DNA from: Octopus sinensis
Lineage: Eukaryota
Length of the DNA stretch: 64,000 bases
NCBI RefSeq assembly: GCF_006345805.1
Contig: NC_042997.1
Coordinates: 177,196,001 to 177,260,000, forward strand
Direction: 5' to 3'
This document shows, one piece after another, positions 39,233 to 52,764 of the stretch. Position numbers and translations under genes: made by a program. The notes beneath the pieces are model-generated. The model was not told the origin of the DNA, did not search any database, and saw only the letters and a program-made list of their open reading frames with translations. Each line of letters opens with the position of its first letter. Positions within the stretch are counted from its first letter, which is position 1.

Positions 39233-39610
39233 CAATATATATTATATATATATATAATATACAATATATATATATCTATATATATAATATACAATATATA
39301 TATATATAATTATATGCATAATATATATATATATAATATACAATATAATATATATAATTATATGCATAAATATATATATATATAATATACAATATATATA
39401 TATATAATTATATGCATAAATATATATATATATAATATACAATATATATATATATATTATAATATACAATATATATATATATATATAATATACAATATAT
39501 ATATATAATTATATGCATAAATATATATATATATATAAATACAATATATATATATATAATTATATCCATAAATATATATATATATAATATACAATATATA
39601 TAAATAATGT
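38120..39610. repeat. ~1.5-kb almost pure AT satellite with recurring ataatatacaat / aattatatgcataa motifs
   Basis: Directly visible. Confidence 0.95.
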
Positions 39611-41599
39611 GTATGTGCATATGTGTTTGGCTGTGAATGTATATGTGTGTATATACTGAGAAACTTTATCCAGCAATAATGAAACAGCTTAAGCGCTGCA
39701 ATATTCAATCCGTTATTCTCTCGTCTCGAAGATTTGATGAACAAAAGGAATTACTTTATTTAGCACCATGTTGGACTGATGTCGGGTTTTGGAATCGAAT
39801 TTGTTTAATGGGGGAGAAGTAGAAATCAGCAACACCACAGTATATTGTAAGAAAGATGAAAATATGCGGAAAATGATTTATTCTCAATGAAATGGGAGTC
39901 ATATGGAAATATATGGCCGTTCGATATATTAACCAGTGTGAAATATGACCTTTTTTTAATCGATATATTTGTGTATGTGTAACATTTACCAAATGTATAA
40001 TTTATGCGATTCTTTCACCATTGGTGAGAAAATGTAAATTTTTGTCTCGGGATGCCGCAATATTTTGAAAGTATTCTGTGTTATTGTACTCTTTTACTTG
40101 TTTCAGTCATTTGACTGTGGCCATGCTGGAGCACTGCCTTTAGTTGAGCAAATCGACCCCAGAACTTATTCTTTGTAAGCCTAGTACTTATTCTATCGGT
40201 CACTTTTTGCCGAACCGCTAAGTTACGGGGACGTAAACACACCACCATCGGTTGTCAAGCGAGGGGGTGGGGCAGAAAACACAGACACACACACACGCAC
40301 ACATATATATATATATATATTCTATATTCTATATATTCTATTCCTGAGCGTTATACTAATACATCTGTTTGTTTTGTACACCACCTGTCTTCATCTTTTG
40401 TGTTTTTCGTAAACTGTCCCTATATATATATATACACATATATATACGACGGGCTTCTTTCAGTTTTCGTCTACCAAATCTCACAAGGTTTGGTCGGCCC
40501 GAGGCTATAGTAGAAGACACTTGCCCAATGTGCCACGCAGTGGGAATGAACCCGAAACCGTGTGGTTTGTTAGCAAGCTACTTACCACTCAGCCACTCCT
40601 ACTCCTGTACTGTAGTGGAAATATTTGTGAAACACACACACACATACACACACACAAACATACACAGATACACAGATACGCACACTCGCACACTCGCACA
40701 CTTGCACGCACGTCTCACGGACACACATGTACTGTAGTTCCATTATTGGTGAGGTCAAGAAAAATACTCCAACCAGCGCGAGATATATATTTATTTATAC
40801 CCAGGATTTAAATGTGAGCTGCTTTAAGTTTCCTGTCGCGTACACAGCAAACTTTTCAAACTCGTTCAACTGTTGTATTATCAGGAGTATGAAACTTCTA
40901 ATAGCTCACATTGAAATGCGGTGTATCTATCGATATACATATTTATATCTATCATTGGAGGAAATCGACACCAGTACTTAGTTTTTAAACCTGGTAAGTA
41001 TTCTATCGGTCTTTTTTGCTGAAGCTCTAAGATGCTGGACCAGAAACAAACTAACACCGGTTTTCAAGCGGTTGTGGGAGACAAACACACACACACAAAG
41101 ACGGGCATCGTTCAGTTTCCGTCAAAGTAGAAGACGCCCATGATGCCACGCAGTGGAGCAGAACCCGGATCCATATCATTGCGAAGCAATTTTTTTACCA
41201 CACACGCATACACACAGACACGCACGCGCGCGCGAGCGCGCACACAACACACACACACACACAATTATATTTACTTTATAATTTATATGGAAACATAGAT
41301 ATTGGAAATGTTAGTAAGTACTGATAGTGGTATGCATGAACGAACGAGGTTCTGCACTGTCATTTATCATAGCTTACCATTTATCATACTCGCCAAGCTT
41401 TTTCAATATTCCAGTTGTTTTAGATCTGTTTATTTTTTTATATAACTCAGTTTATGAATAGCAACGTTATTATCTATAAACTTGTGTTGATATGATATCC
41501 GCCCACGACCTATTGAATGAGCAATCATTTTTATATTGTACATGTGGGTAAAATATAGCTGCAGCTTTCTTTTTTGGCATAGCTGGTTGAATGATCACT

Positions 41600-41950
41600 G
41601 AACTTTCCTCATCTATTCAGAGCTGTCTCTCTAGAGCAAATTTCTGTAGGGGTGCACACGATCCGTTTGGCGCAATTGCTCTATGCTATTGTATCTATAT
41701 TTCTCTGCAGTTGAACGGTGAAGCCTTTAGCTTTTTAGGTTTGCCAATTGCAAGGAAACTTTAGAAAAGTATCTGAAGCGGTTTCGTCAAAGCCTGCCTA
41801 CATAACTTTCGAAGAATAACTGGGAAGATATCGGGAGCAGAACTTAAACTCATTTAGTCTATGACCGCTGTTACATTTGCCTCATCAATGTTGATGCAAT
41901 CGATGGTTGCCGATTTCGTCTGCAGAGCTATAATGTTAAATTTAGCAGGA
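41600..41950 (-). pseudogene. CR1/L2-group LINE RT N-terminal relic
   Basis: IDEANVTAVID*MSLSSAPDIFPVILRKLCRQALTKPLQILF*SFLAIG resembles DV..AID.L...SA.GPDG.PAILLK.C..AL..PL.ILF..SL..G. Confidence 0.65.
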
Positions 41951-43251
41951 ATTTTTATCTGCACGTGTCCTAGGAGAAAGTGAAGACTATTTTAAACTGT
42001 TCACTGAGAATTTTACTTAAATTTCGGGTCCGCAGTTAGTGAGAACAACGGTCCTAGAAAGGGTTTGTTTTTATGCCTTCCACTGCACGGTTCTCTCTCT
42101 CTCCCTCTCCCTCTCTCTCTCTCCCTCTCCCTCTCTCTCTCTCTGCTCTTTCCTTTTCATGGGAGAGTTTGATTTTGTTTTCAGTTTTCAGGAGTGTCTG
42201 TCTTAAAATAGATTTCCTATCCTTCAATTGCCTATTCAACCAGTTTGAGACTAGTGTCTCAAAACCATTTTTCTGTCTTTGGGGATTTTGTTTGTAGGTT
42301 TGCTGGCCTTTGTTTCTGTGGTGTATTTAGTGTATACAGCTTGCACTGTCGACATAAACTGAGTTTCAAGTCACTGTCTTGCATAGACAGAACTAAGAAT
42401 ACAACTGAATTTTCAAGACATATCAGAGTTTCTCGCACCTGTTTAATTGAAATTTAACAATATTTGTCACACTCACGTGTGTGTGCGCGTGCGGATGCGC
42501 TCGTGTGATGTGTATGTGTGTCCGTTGCTATGAACATAAATAAACTTTACTGTTTATGCTTTACAGTTACCTTCAATTTTACGATCATGATAAGGAAATA
42601 AACGAAGTTATAAAACCTTGAAACAAAAGAGTAGATAGAAGCAATAACAGAAACACAAATTAATCCAGAAAAAAAAACAAAAGACAAATATAAAAATGGA
42701 TATATTGAAATTTGTGTTTGTGTGTGAATGTAATAAAATCAAAGCTATAAATGTTTTATAAATTTTGAATTACAAATTGCAAAAAAGCAAAACGACGTAA
42801 ATTTTCGTTTATGAGATATCTATTTGAGCCTAGAACTCCAACTGTCAAATCAATGATTCATCAGAAACAGTTGGTTGTTTAGCATCTAAATCAGATATGA
42901 ATTATGAATTCTACATAGAATATAAAAAAGAAAAGATGTAAAACTGTAATTCACTGTATTATTCAAGGATAACTTCACTTCTCATAACAATCAGTAACCG
43001 AAACAAAAAGAACGAAAGAAACTCCTAATTAAAACACAATTAAAACTCAGAAAATTCATATGTCGTATACATGTTGAAGCATCGTAAAATATGTAAAAAT
43101 GTTATTTAATGGTGTGTCTCAAAGCGAATAATGCTATAAATAATAGCTTATGATATATTAGGTTAAAACACTAGCTTTATATCTTCCTTCCCATCTTTTT
43201 AACTCAATATATTATAAGATATTATTGATTATGACTTTATTACGGTGTTGT

Positions 43252-43587
43252 GAAGGCGCATGGCTCAGTGGTTAGAGCGTCGAGCTTACGATCATGAGGT
43301 TGTGAGTTCGAATTCTGGACCGGGCTAAGTGTTGTGTTCTTGAGCAAGACACTTTATTTCACGTTGCTCCAGTTCACTCAGCTGTAGAAATGAGTTGCGA
43401 CGTCACAGGTGCCAAGCTGAATCGGCCGTTGCCTTTCCATTGGATAACCCTGGTAGCGTGGAGAGGGGAGGCCGGTATGCATGGGCGACTGCTGGTCTTT
43501 CATAAATAACCTTGCCCGGACTTGTGCCTGGGAGGATAACTGTCTAGGTGCAATCCCACGGTCAGTCATGACCGAAGGGAGTCTCAG
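43252..43587 (+). mobile_element. tRNA(Arg)-like-headed SINE
   Basis: tggctcagtggttagagcg...gagttcgaattc head; 'ttgagcaagacactttatttcacgttgctccag' centre. Confidence 0.8.
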
Positions 43588-44100
43588 CATTAAGGTGGTG
43601 AGCTTGCAGAAATATTAGCACGCTTAGCATCATTTCGTCAGTTTTTTTTTAGTTCTGAGTTCAGATACCGCCGAGGTTGACTTTGCCTTTCATCATTTCG
43701 GGGTCGATAAAATAAGTACCAGTTGAACATTGGAGTCAATGTGATCGACTTATTCTCTCCATCGAAATTGTTGACCTTGTGCCAATGGCTTTATTAGGGT
43801 GGTGACTTGAGAAACTGTAGCATTCCGGACCAAATACCTAACGGTAGTTCGTCCGTTTTTAAGTTCTGAGTTCAAATTTCGCGGAGGTGCTTTTCATCTT
43901 TTCAGGTTCGATGAAATATGTATCAATTGGGTACTGGGGTCGATAAAATCGACTTAGGATTATTTTTGGATTTATTTGTTTCGAGATGTACTGTTAAATG
44001 ACTTACAAAATTAACGTTTGTCAGCATCTGATTATATCGTTAAAGAGCAATAAAGATAGATCGAAGTTTCCAAATTTTTAAAAACATATATTGTGATATT

Positions 44101-44361
44101 GTGGAGGTGCGTGGCTTAGTGATTAGGTTGTCAGTACCATGATCGTAAGATTGTGGTTTCGATTCCTGGACCGGGCGACACGTTGTGTTCTTGAGCAAAA
44201 CACTTCATTTCACGTTGCTCCAGTCCATTCAGCTGGCACAAATGAGTAACGCTGCGATGGACTGGCGTCCCGTCCAGCTGGGGAACACATACGCCAATGA
44301 AACCGGGAAAGCGGGTTCATGAGCCTGGCTAGGCTTTAAAAGGGTGCATTTATTCATTATT
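44101..44361 (+). mobile_element. tRNA-headed SINE with 14-bp TSD
   Basis: TSD tatattgtgatatt at 44,087-44,100 and 44,362-44,375. Confidence 0.85.
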
Positions 44362-44968
44362 TATATTGTGATATTTTATTGTGAACAATTACTGTTCATT
44401 AATAGCTCAGAGTAAATGACTTTGATTGCTTGACTGAAATGTTCTAAACATGCCACCAATATAAATTCTCCGAAATCGCATTAAAAGACTGCAAGGAAAT
44501 TTCAGACCATTAAATGACAATGACAAACTAATTAAAATATCAGCCTACATGAAACCGTGGGTGACCTACTCATGGGCTATCCAAAACCAGGGATTTATTG
44601 ACAGAGAAAAACTGTTTCTTAGAAAAATTTAATTGACTTTACACCGTGAAAAGCAATGCAGTAAGGAATTCACAATCTGTATTGCAGTATGGATGGCCGT
44701 AACATCAAAGTTGTGAATTCTCTTTTCAACAATGGTTTCGAGGATTCCTCAGGGAAGAATTTAGGATGAGAACGCACTGCGTAACCGCGATATAGAATAT
44801 CTAAACAATGTACGTCGCACTGTGTAACCTCTCACCTAACATTTATAACAATAGCAATGATAATTAACTGGAACCAACGAGGTAAACTCTATACGGCCAT
44901 TGGACTTTTGAACAAATAGAATACAAATGTTGCTCTCCAAAACTTGAAGGAAACACGTGCATGTACAT

Positions 44969-45006
<38 letters not shown>

Positions 45007-45145
45007 GAATGTGTGAAAGTACGCGTGTGTATGTCCTTTCATATGGAACTGTGACAAATATACGGCTTAAAAGTGAATGCCACGTACAGATCCTAATGAA
45101 GAAAATATATTGATAATGATAATAATAATAATAATAATAATAATG

Positions 45146-45182
<37 letters not shown>

Positions 45183-45249
45183 TAATAATAATAACCACAA
45201 TAGTAATAATAATAGCTGCTTAAATTACATAATATAAACTCCTTTAAAA

Positions 45250-45640
45250 GTAATACGGACAGGTTCTACTTATCAAGAAGACAAAGATGAGGAGGTTTGT
45301 CAAAGCAAAATGTACCTTCAGTGCTGCGATTTTTGGTTTGGAAAATGGTGTGGATAGCGATAAAAGGATATTATCTACAGCCAGAAATATTGAAGAAGTC
45401 GCTGAAACACTTAGGGACTTACAGAACAAAAAAACATAAACAAGATGTTTAGCTGGAAAAGAGTAATGATATAGCCAATTCATGCAACAGATAATGTTGG
45501 AAGGGAAGAAGGTCAGTTGTAGCTGAATATAGTCGCTCGGTGGGAAGCGCTGAGTCATTCAACCCCATTCTCGTCTTGACATGGTCTTGATGAAACGTCA
45601 CTAGAACATAAAAGACTTGCGCTAAAATCTTTTAACCATG
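45250..45640 (+). pseudogene. R4/Dong-clade LINE RT relic directly after a (TAA)n tract
   Basis: DRFYLSRRQR*GGL resembles DRLYLPRKEGGRGL, and xQFMQQI resembles HGQF.RQI; (TAA)n lies at about 45,110-45,215. Confidence 0.55.
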
Positions 45641-47945
45641 TCCAACATACAACTTACTACGTCATACCTGCCAGGCAGGAAAACAAACCGCCTGTCCTTT
45701 TAAAAGGAAGACAGCGGTAGATATTCAGGACAGAATCGACTGATGGCTGGGATAATTCTAAAGATGGTAGTTGTCTGAAGTAAGCCGATTAATCGACATT
45801 GTTCAGACACTAAACATGAATGAATTGAAAGGTTTCATCACCCTTCGTGTGTCTCAGACAGGTTAGTAACTGGTTATTCCGCGCCTTCATAGGATGTACC
45901 GAACAGGGAATATATCGCAGTAACCATGAAATTTTTTAAAGTGGTCCATAAATTCCACGAGAAGCAACTGTTCAGACTCCTTGTTGAGGCCTAGAATCGT
46001 GCTCAGGACACCGTCGTCATTGGGAACGATCGGTGATTTGTCAGCCTCAGCTGATACCTGACCATCATGATCTACGTATCACAGTCCACTCCCGGTGTGG
46101 TTGTTGACAGGGGAGACGGATCTCCTACACAAGAAGCGAACGAATATACGTTCTAATAATGTCTCAAATTGTTGTACAAGGAAAGCTATTAATGCGGGAA
46201 GCGGGTTAATTGAGTATATCAACTTCAGTACATGACTGGTACTAATTTTAGTGATCCCAAAAGAATGAAAAGCAAAGTCCTTCTCGGCGGAAATTTTACT
46301 CAGAAATACTGCTAAGCATTTTGTCCGGTACACTGACGATTCTGCCAGCTTGCCGTCTTAATAACAATACCAGTCATGGAAAACTTAGGGTAACGGCTTC
46401 ATTAGCAACAACAGATAACAATATAATGTATAGGAAAAATCCTCAATGGTGGGTAAGGCCTACTAGGACCAATCTAGGAATCCACAAATCCAACATTACA
46501 CTAGTTACCAAGAGTAAATGCCTTCTTCCAACTGTCCGAAGATTAGATTTTAGTTACAGATGTAGCTGCTGACCAGTAGAACGTTTACAGTTGTCAGGTG
46601 GTAGCATATAGCAATGGATATGCACAAGTCCTCCCAGCCCAATTCTATCTGATCTTTTCGATACGACTTCCTCTCAGCCCCTTTCTGAATGAGACTGACC
46701 ACCCCAGTGGCTACCTCAAAGCTGGCTTTTATTTAATTTACTCAATTTCTCCAATAATATATAAAATCGATTATTTTTGTTTATATTTCACAGCTTTGTC
46801 TCAAATTTATGTTGTTTTCTGTCTTGGTTATTATAAATCATCTATACAAACATAATTATATAAAAAAAAAAGATAAATAAAAACTTTCCACGACGAAAAG
46901 AAATTATTTATCGATTATAGAATAGATTTGTTTGAAATATCATTACTGCTCTTCGAACATTTTCTATTGTGGTATTTTATAAATTTCATATCAATTAACT
47001 GAATTCACAAACAGAAATAATATGAGTCGCCTTATCTCGACTTGCAACGCGGAGCTGTAAATATCGAAATAAATAAATAATGGTTGGAATACAAAATTAT
47101 ACTCTTCGTCTTCGCCGTATTTATAAGCTGTTCCACGTTTCCGAAGACATCGTGTCTTTTACTTTTAGATTAGTTATTAGAAATACTAATTTCTGATAAC
47201 TAAGAAAACCGAACCTTGCAGGCAACGTGCCTCTGCACAATTTGTGCTTGAAAGCTAGAGCTAATAGATTTTTCGTTTTGTCGTCTCTTCTGTTCATTTC
47301 TGTGACATTCTTATTCAAATAGAACTGCAGCAGAGAGATAACTTTGATCGGCATAACACATAACGGGGTACAGCCTGTCATAATGAAGAAAGTTCTACAG
47401 CATTTTCTTGTAGTCATCACTTGAAAGGAAAGGTGAAGATTTAGCCCGTCTAATTTACAGTATAACACGATTTTTGTCCTTGTGTAGCAACAGTTATTTT
47501 CTACTTGCTTACCACTAGAAAGTATAAAAAATGGCTAATAATTCCTTCAAGCTTTGCTTTTATTACATTTATTCAAACCCCGAAAGAATCCCTCTCAGCA
47601 CTTGACTATGGTTCATCCCCATAACTCCTGCTTATGATCAGAGATGCACTTATTGTCAATGACTAGGGGACATGCTCAGGTGGTTACGGTCAAGCAACTG
47701 ACAAGCAAATCTTCGGAATTGAGCAGAATATTTGCCATAACGATATTTCTTCTCAATAACTTATCGCTGAATGTCTGAAATCTAACGGAAAATAGGTCAG
47801 TTTCAAAATATTGATGTCCAGGTCACAAAAGCAAAGTTTTCAGGGAATAGTAATGATTTCCATTGATTTCTTTTTAGAAGCAAATAGGAAATAACACTTA
47901 CTAACTAAAGACAACAATTAAATAAAAGAAATTGTTACACAGTGT

Positions 47946-48340
47946 AGGCGTAGGAGTGGCTGTGTGGTAAGTAGCTTGCTTACCAACCACATGATTCCAC
48001 GTTCAGTTCCACTGCGTGGCACCTTGGGCAAGTGTCTTCTACTATAGCTTCGGGCCGACCAAAGCCTTGTGAGTGGATTTGGTAGACGGAAACTGAAAGA
48101 AGCCCGTCGTATATATGTATGCATATATGTTTGTGTGTCTGTGTTTGTCCCTCCAACATCGCTTGGCAACCGATGCTGGTGTGTTTACATCCCCGTAACT
48201 TAGCAGTTCGGCAAAAGAGACCGATAGAATAAGTACTAGGCTTACAAAGAATAAGTACTGGGGTCGATTTGCTCGACTAAAGGCGGTGCTCCAGCATGGC
48301 CACAGTCACATGACTGAAACAAGTAAAAGAGTAAAAGAGT
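47946..48340 (+). mobile_element. Full-length tRNA-derived SINE with CORE-like centre
   Basis: aggcgtaggagtggctgtgtggtaag head, ccttgggcaagtgtcttc centre, (gtaaaaga) tail. Confidence 0.85.
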
Positions 48341-48948
48341 GTTAACACTGTTTCCTGTACCACCAACGACTATAAAGATTATATAAAGATTATAGTATTC
48401 CGCTCTATTAACCTAATCATCAGAATGTTTGCTTTCAATATCAATGTAATTAATTTTGATTCGTTTGCTGCCTGATTGTCATCAACTATCATTCCTCGAT
48501 GTGTATATAACCTCAGGTCGAACGAAAATTCTATCTGATATTTCCTCCAATAGATTTACACATGCTATAACTTGATAATATTCTCACCTAGAATGCAGTC
48601 AAACTCTGCTTAACCCGTAAGAACCTGTATCTAACAATGCTATTGTTTACATAATGCCATAATGTTTGATGATCGTAGTAGCATTATCTAATATTTCGCT
48701 AAGGCGTTTGTGATGCAAGCATTGCGAGGGTATATATACTGGTAGGCAGGATAGTAAAGGGGTACATGCAAAAATATACACACATTGGTGCCGGCGTGAC
48801 TCTGTGGCAAGAACCTTGCATCCCAGTCACATGGTTCCGGTTTCAATCCTACTGTGTGAGACTCTGGGCAAGTGTGTCTTCTACTATAGTCGAGGGTTAA
48901 CCAAAGCCATTTGATTGGATTTGGTAGACAGACGCTGAGGGAAACCCG

Positions 48949-48984
<36 letters not shown>

Positions 48985-49084
48985 CTATATAAAGTTAATC
49001 CAAACAAGAAACCACAAAAAAAAAACAACAACGCGAGGACGTGAAACAAATATAGTATTATTGGACGCTCGGGAAAGAAGGAGG

Positions 49085-49119
49085 GTTTAACGTTTCGAGC
49101 GGAGCTCTTCGTCGGAGAC
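49085..49119 (-). ncRNA. Hammerhead motif with U4-to-C core change (duplicated at 50,522-50,556)
   Basis: Minus strand reads GTCT-CCGACGA-A-GAG ctccg CTC-GAAAC-GTT-AAAC. Confidence 0.5.
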
Positions 49120-49342
49120 ATAGAAGGAAAGATCCAGAGAAGGGAAGACAGAGGGAAAAAAATCGCCAACGGTACACACGCGGTCATAAATATATATATA
49201 ATGTATATAATGCATATAATGTTTTCTTGAGTTTCTACAACGACGATATTTATCTCGCTCCGTTATATATATAGTTTTTCATAAAAGAAATTTACGAAGA
49301 CATTCAATTTCAGACAATTTCACAGTATTATATCTTCAAACG

Positions 49343-49650
49343 TGGAGGCACATGGCCTAGTGGTTAGAGCACCTGACTCGCGGTCGAGGGATCGTGAGTT
49401 CGAATCTCAGACCGGGCGATGTGTGTTTTTATGAGCGAAACACCTAAGCTCCATGCGGCTGCTCCAGCAGAAGGTAATGGCAAACTTCTGCTGACTCTTT
49501 CGCAACAACTTTCTCTCACTCTTTCCTCCTATATCTTGCAACTCACCTGTAACGGACCAGCGTCCCGTCCAGGTGGGGAACCTATACGCCAAGGAAACCG
49601 GGAAACTGGCCCTATGAGCCAGGCGTGGCTCGAGAAGGAACAAGCAATAA
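49343..49650 (+). mobile_element. tRNA-headed SINE with 13-bp TSD (second copy about 50,780-51,087)
   Basis: TSD atatcttcaaacg at 49,330-49,342 and 49,651-49,663. Confidence 0.85.
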
Positions 49651-49952
49651 ATATCTTCAAACGGTGTGAATATATTTAGTATGACATACAGTTGACGATT
49701 TCAATTGCGTGCACCGGATTTTTCTACATCCCAGCAAGCTCCGCCATACTAACGTTTTAAATATTTCCTCTATATAAAGGCACGACATTCCTTTATCCAG
49801 GTAACTATCGGGTGCATGGAATGGACAATTCCACAGCATTATACCTTCTAACGATGTGTGTGTGTGTGTGTGTGTCTATATATATTACACATGATATACA
49901 GAAGGTTATATGCATACATAAATCCATACATACATATCTGTGTGTGTGTGTG

Positions 49953-50384
49953 TACATGTAGTGATATACATCTGGAAAATCCTGAAGGGTGTTGTCCCGA
50001 ATTTTGGCATTGAAAGTTACACCAACAGGAGAACGGGACGCCACTGAATGGTGCCAAAGATCCGAACATCACCATCGAAATACAGGACCAGATACTGCAA
50101 CAGCTTGGGTTTCAGGGGAACACAACTCTTCATTATCCTTCCTAAATGCCTGAGAGACCTGCATTGTGTGGATGTGGGTTTCTTTAAAACTAAACTGGAT
50201 CTCTTCTTGTCAGAGGTTCCAGATGAACCAACCTCTCGGCAGGAAACACAGATGCGGGCAGCGGCGTCGAACCCCCTTGTCGACCAAGTGCCACGTATCA
50301 GAGGTGGTTTCACATACTAGTGTAGCTCATTCAACGGTGGTGTCCCAGCATCGTCGCAGCTTTCGGGCTGAAGCACTTTTAAGG
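49953..50384 (+). pseudogene. 5'-truncated 3' end of a CR1/L2-group LINE (second copy about 51,390-51,820)
   Basis: YIWKILKGVVPNFG...RYCNSLGFRGTQLFIILPKCLRDLH...FKTKLDLFLSEVPDEP is the typical post-RT C-terminus; one internal stop; short 3' UTR then (TA)n. Confidence 0.8.
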
Positions 50385-51842
50385 ATATATATATATATTA
50401 TATATATATATATATATATGACTATATAAAGTTAATCCAAACAAGAAACCACAAAAAAAAAACAACAACGCGAGGACGTGAAACAAATATAGTATTATTG
50501 GACGCTCGGGAAAGAAGGAGGGTTTAACGTTTCGAGCGGAGCTCTTCGTCGGAGACATAGAAGGAAAGATCCAGAGAAGGGAAGACAGAGGGAAAAAAAT
50601 CGCCAACGGTACACACGCGGTCATAAATATATATATAATGTATATAATGCATGTAATGTTTTCTTGAGTTTCTACAACGACGATATTTATCTCGCTCCGT
50701 TATATATATAGTTTTTCATAAAAGAAATTTACGAAGACATTCAATTTCAGACAATTTCACAGTATTATATCTTCAAACGTGGAGGCACATGGCCTAGTGG
50801 TTAGAGCACCTGACTCGCGGTCGAGGGATCGTGAGTTCGAATCTCAGACCGGGCGATGTGTGTTTTTATGAGCGAAACACCTAAGCTCCATGCGGCTGCT
50901 CCAGCAGAAGGTAATGGCAAACTTCTGCTGACTCTTTCGCAACAACTTTCTCTCACTCTTTCCTCCTATATCTTGCAACTCACCTGTAACGGACCAGCGT
51001 CCCGTCCAGGTGGGGAACCTATACGCCAAGGAAACCGGGAAACTGGCCCTATGAGCCAGGCGTGGCTCGAGAAGGAACAAGCAATAAATATCTTCAAACG
51101 GTGTGAATATATTTAGTATGACATACAGTTGACGATTTCAATTGCGTGCACCGGATTTTTCTACATCCCAGCAAGCTCCGCCATACTAACGTTTTAAATA
51201 TTTCCTCTATATAAAGGCACGACATTTCCTTTATCCAGGTAACTATCGGGTGCATGGAATGGACAATTCCACAGCATTATACCTTCTAACGATGTGTGTG
51301 TGTGTGTGTGTCTATATATATTACACATGATATACAGAAGGTTATATGCATACATAAATCCATACATACATATCTGTGTGTGTGTGTGTACATGTAGTGA
51401 TATACATCTGGAAAATCCTGAAGGGTGTTGTCCCGAATTTTGGCATTGAAAGTTACACCAACAGGAGAACGGGACGCCACTGAATGGTGCCAAAGATCCG
51501 AACATCACCATCGAAATACAGGACCAGATACTGCAACAGCTTGGGTTTCAGGGGAACACAACTCTTCATTATCCTTCCTAAATGCCTGAGAGACCTGCAT
51601 TGTGTGGATGTGGGTTTCTTTAAAACTAAACTGGATCTCTTCTTGTCAGAGGTTCCAGATGAACCAACCTCTCGGCAGGAAACACAGATGCGGGCAGCGG
51701 CGTCGAACCCCCTTGTCGACCAAGTGCCACGTATCAGAGGTGGTTTCACATACTAGTGTAGCTCATTCAACGGTGGTGTCCCAGCATCGTCGCAGCTTTC
51801 GGGCTGAAGCACTTTTAAGGATATATATATATATATATATAT

Positions 51843-52278
51843 CAGTTTTGTAAAAATTTAGATTCAGTTGAATATGGTATTTAAGTTAAAGGCACCAGAA
51901 TTTAATATGGTACTATCCATATAATTCAAAATGGGGTGATTATAATCAAAATAAGCAACAAGGATATCCAGAGATAATGCAGTACGATCGTTTCATGTGA
52001 CTCCATGAAAAAATATTAATTACTGCTATGTTTTTGTTGATGAAACTTGTTTCTCCTTCTACCTACTTACCCTCTTTGTGATGTTGGTTAATGGAATAAC
52101 TATAAAAATGAATCTTTTAAATTTAACTAAATTCTATATTTGTATGTAGCTGAAGATTGCTCTACATTTTAAAACTGATGTAATACTTACATTGTTTAAT
52201 TAAATGGAGTCGGATGAAACGATCGTACTGCATTACCTCTGGATATCCTTGCTGCTTATCTTGATTATATATATATAT
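51843..52278. mobile_element. Small fold-back Penelope-like element between (TA)n tracts
   Basis: Inverted arms 51,941-52,006 and 52,204-52,269; shares gtacgatcgtttcat and the upstream ttgaatatggta...tggggtgatt segment with the 10.7-kb element. Confidence 0.7.
52144..52233 (+). ncRNA. Hammerhead motif with long, degenerate stem II
   Basis: ATGTAG-CTGAAGA-...-GAAAC-GATC-GTA-CTGCAT: 6-bp stem I with one G-U pair, palindromic helix III. Confidence 0.6.
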
Positions 52279-52696
52279 AAGTTTTTCCTGAAGCGTGTAG
52301 GTACCCTGATAAGACCAATTATGTTATCGTCTGTGTTTTTCTGTTTTTCAATTCACGATCTGTTTCTATTGTAACGATTACAAATCTTAAACACAGAAGA
52401 ATATTTTCTAGGTGGAAAAAGAATTGGACTTCCTTTCATCTTCTTTGTTTACTCTATTGATGTTTACCGATCGAAAATTGGAGTGTTGGTTCAGGCAGAA
52501 CTGTTGTCCGTGTTTCTCCTTCCAGTCTGAAGATGCAGTTCATTGTATTATCGAACGAATATTTCTGTATTTGTATTCGTGTGCACAAATACAGATGCAC
52601 GCACACAAACATATGTGTATATGTACATATGTAAGTATATATATATATTTATATATATATATTTGTATATATATTTATATATATATATTTGTATAT

Positions 52697-52764
<68 letters not shown>

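Larger units (their letters stand above)
48983..51820. repeat. Near-identical tandem duplication, ~1,437-bp period, units bounded by (TA)n
   Basis: gactatataaagttaatcc at 48,983 and 50,420; the units differ in a few substitutions/indels and in microsatellite lengths. Confidence 0.95.

Noticed and set aside
45800-46130. 60-codon open frame on the minus strand
   Set aside because: No start or splice support; it loosely resembles an RTE endonuclease relic but cannot be confirmed by eye.
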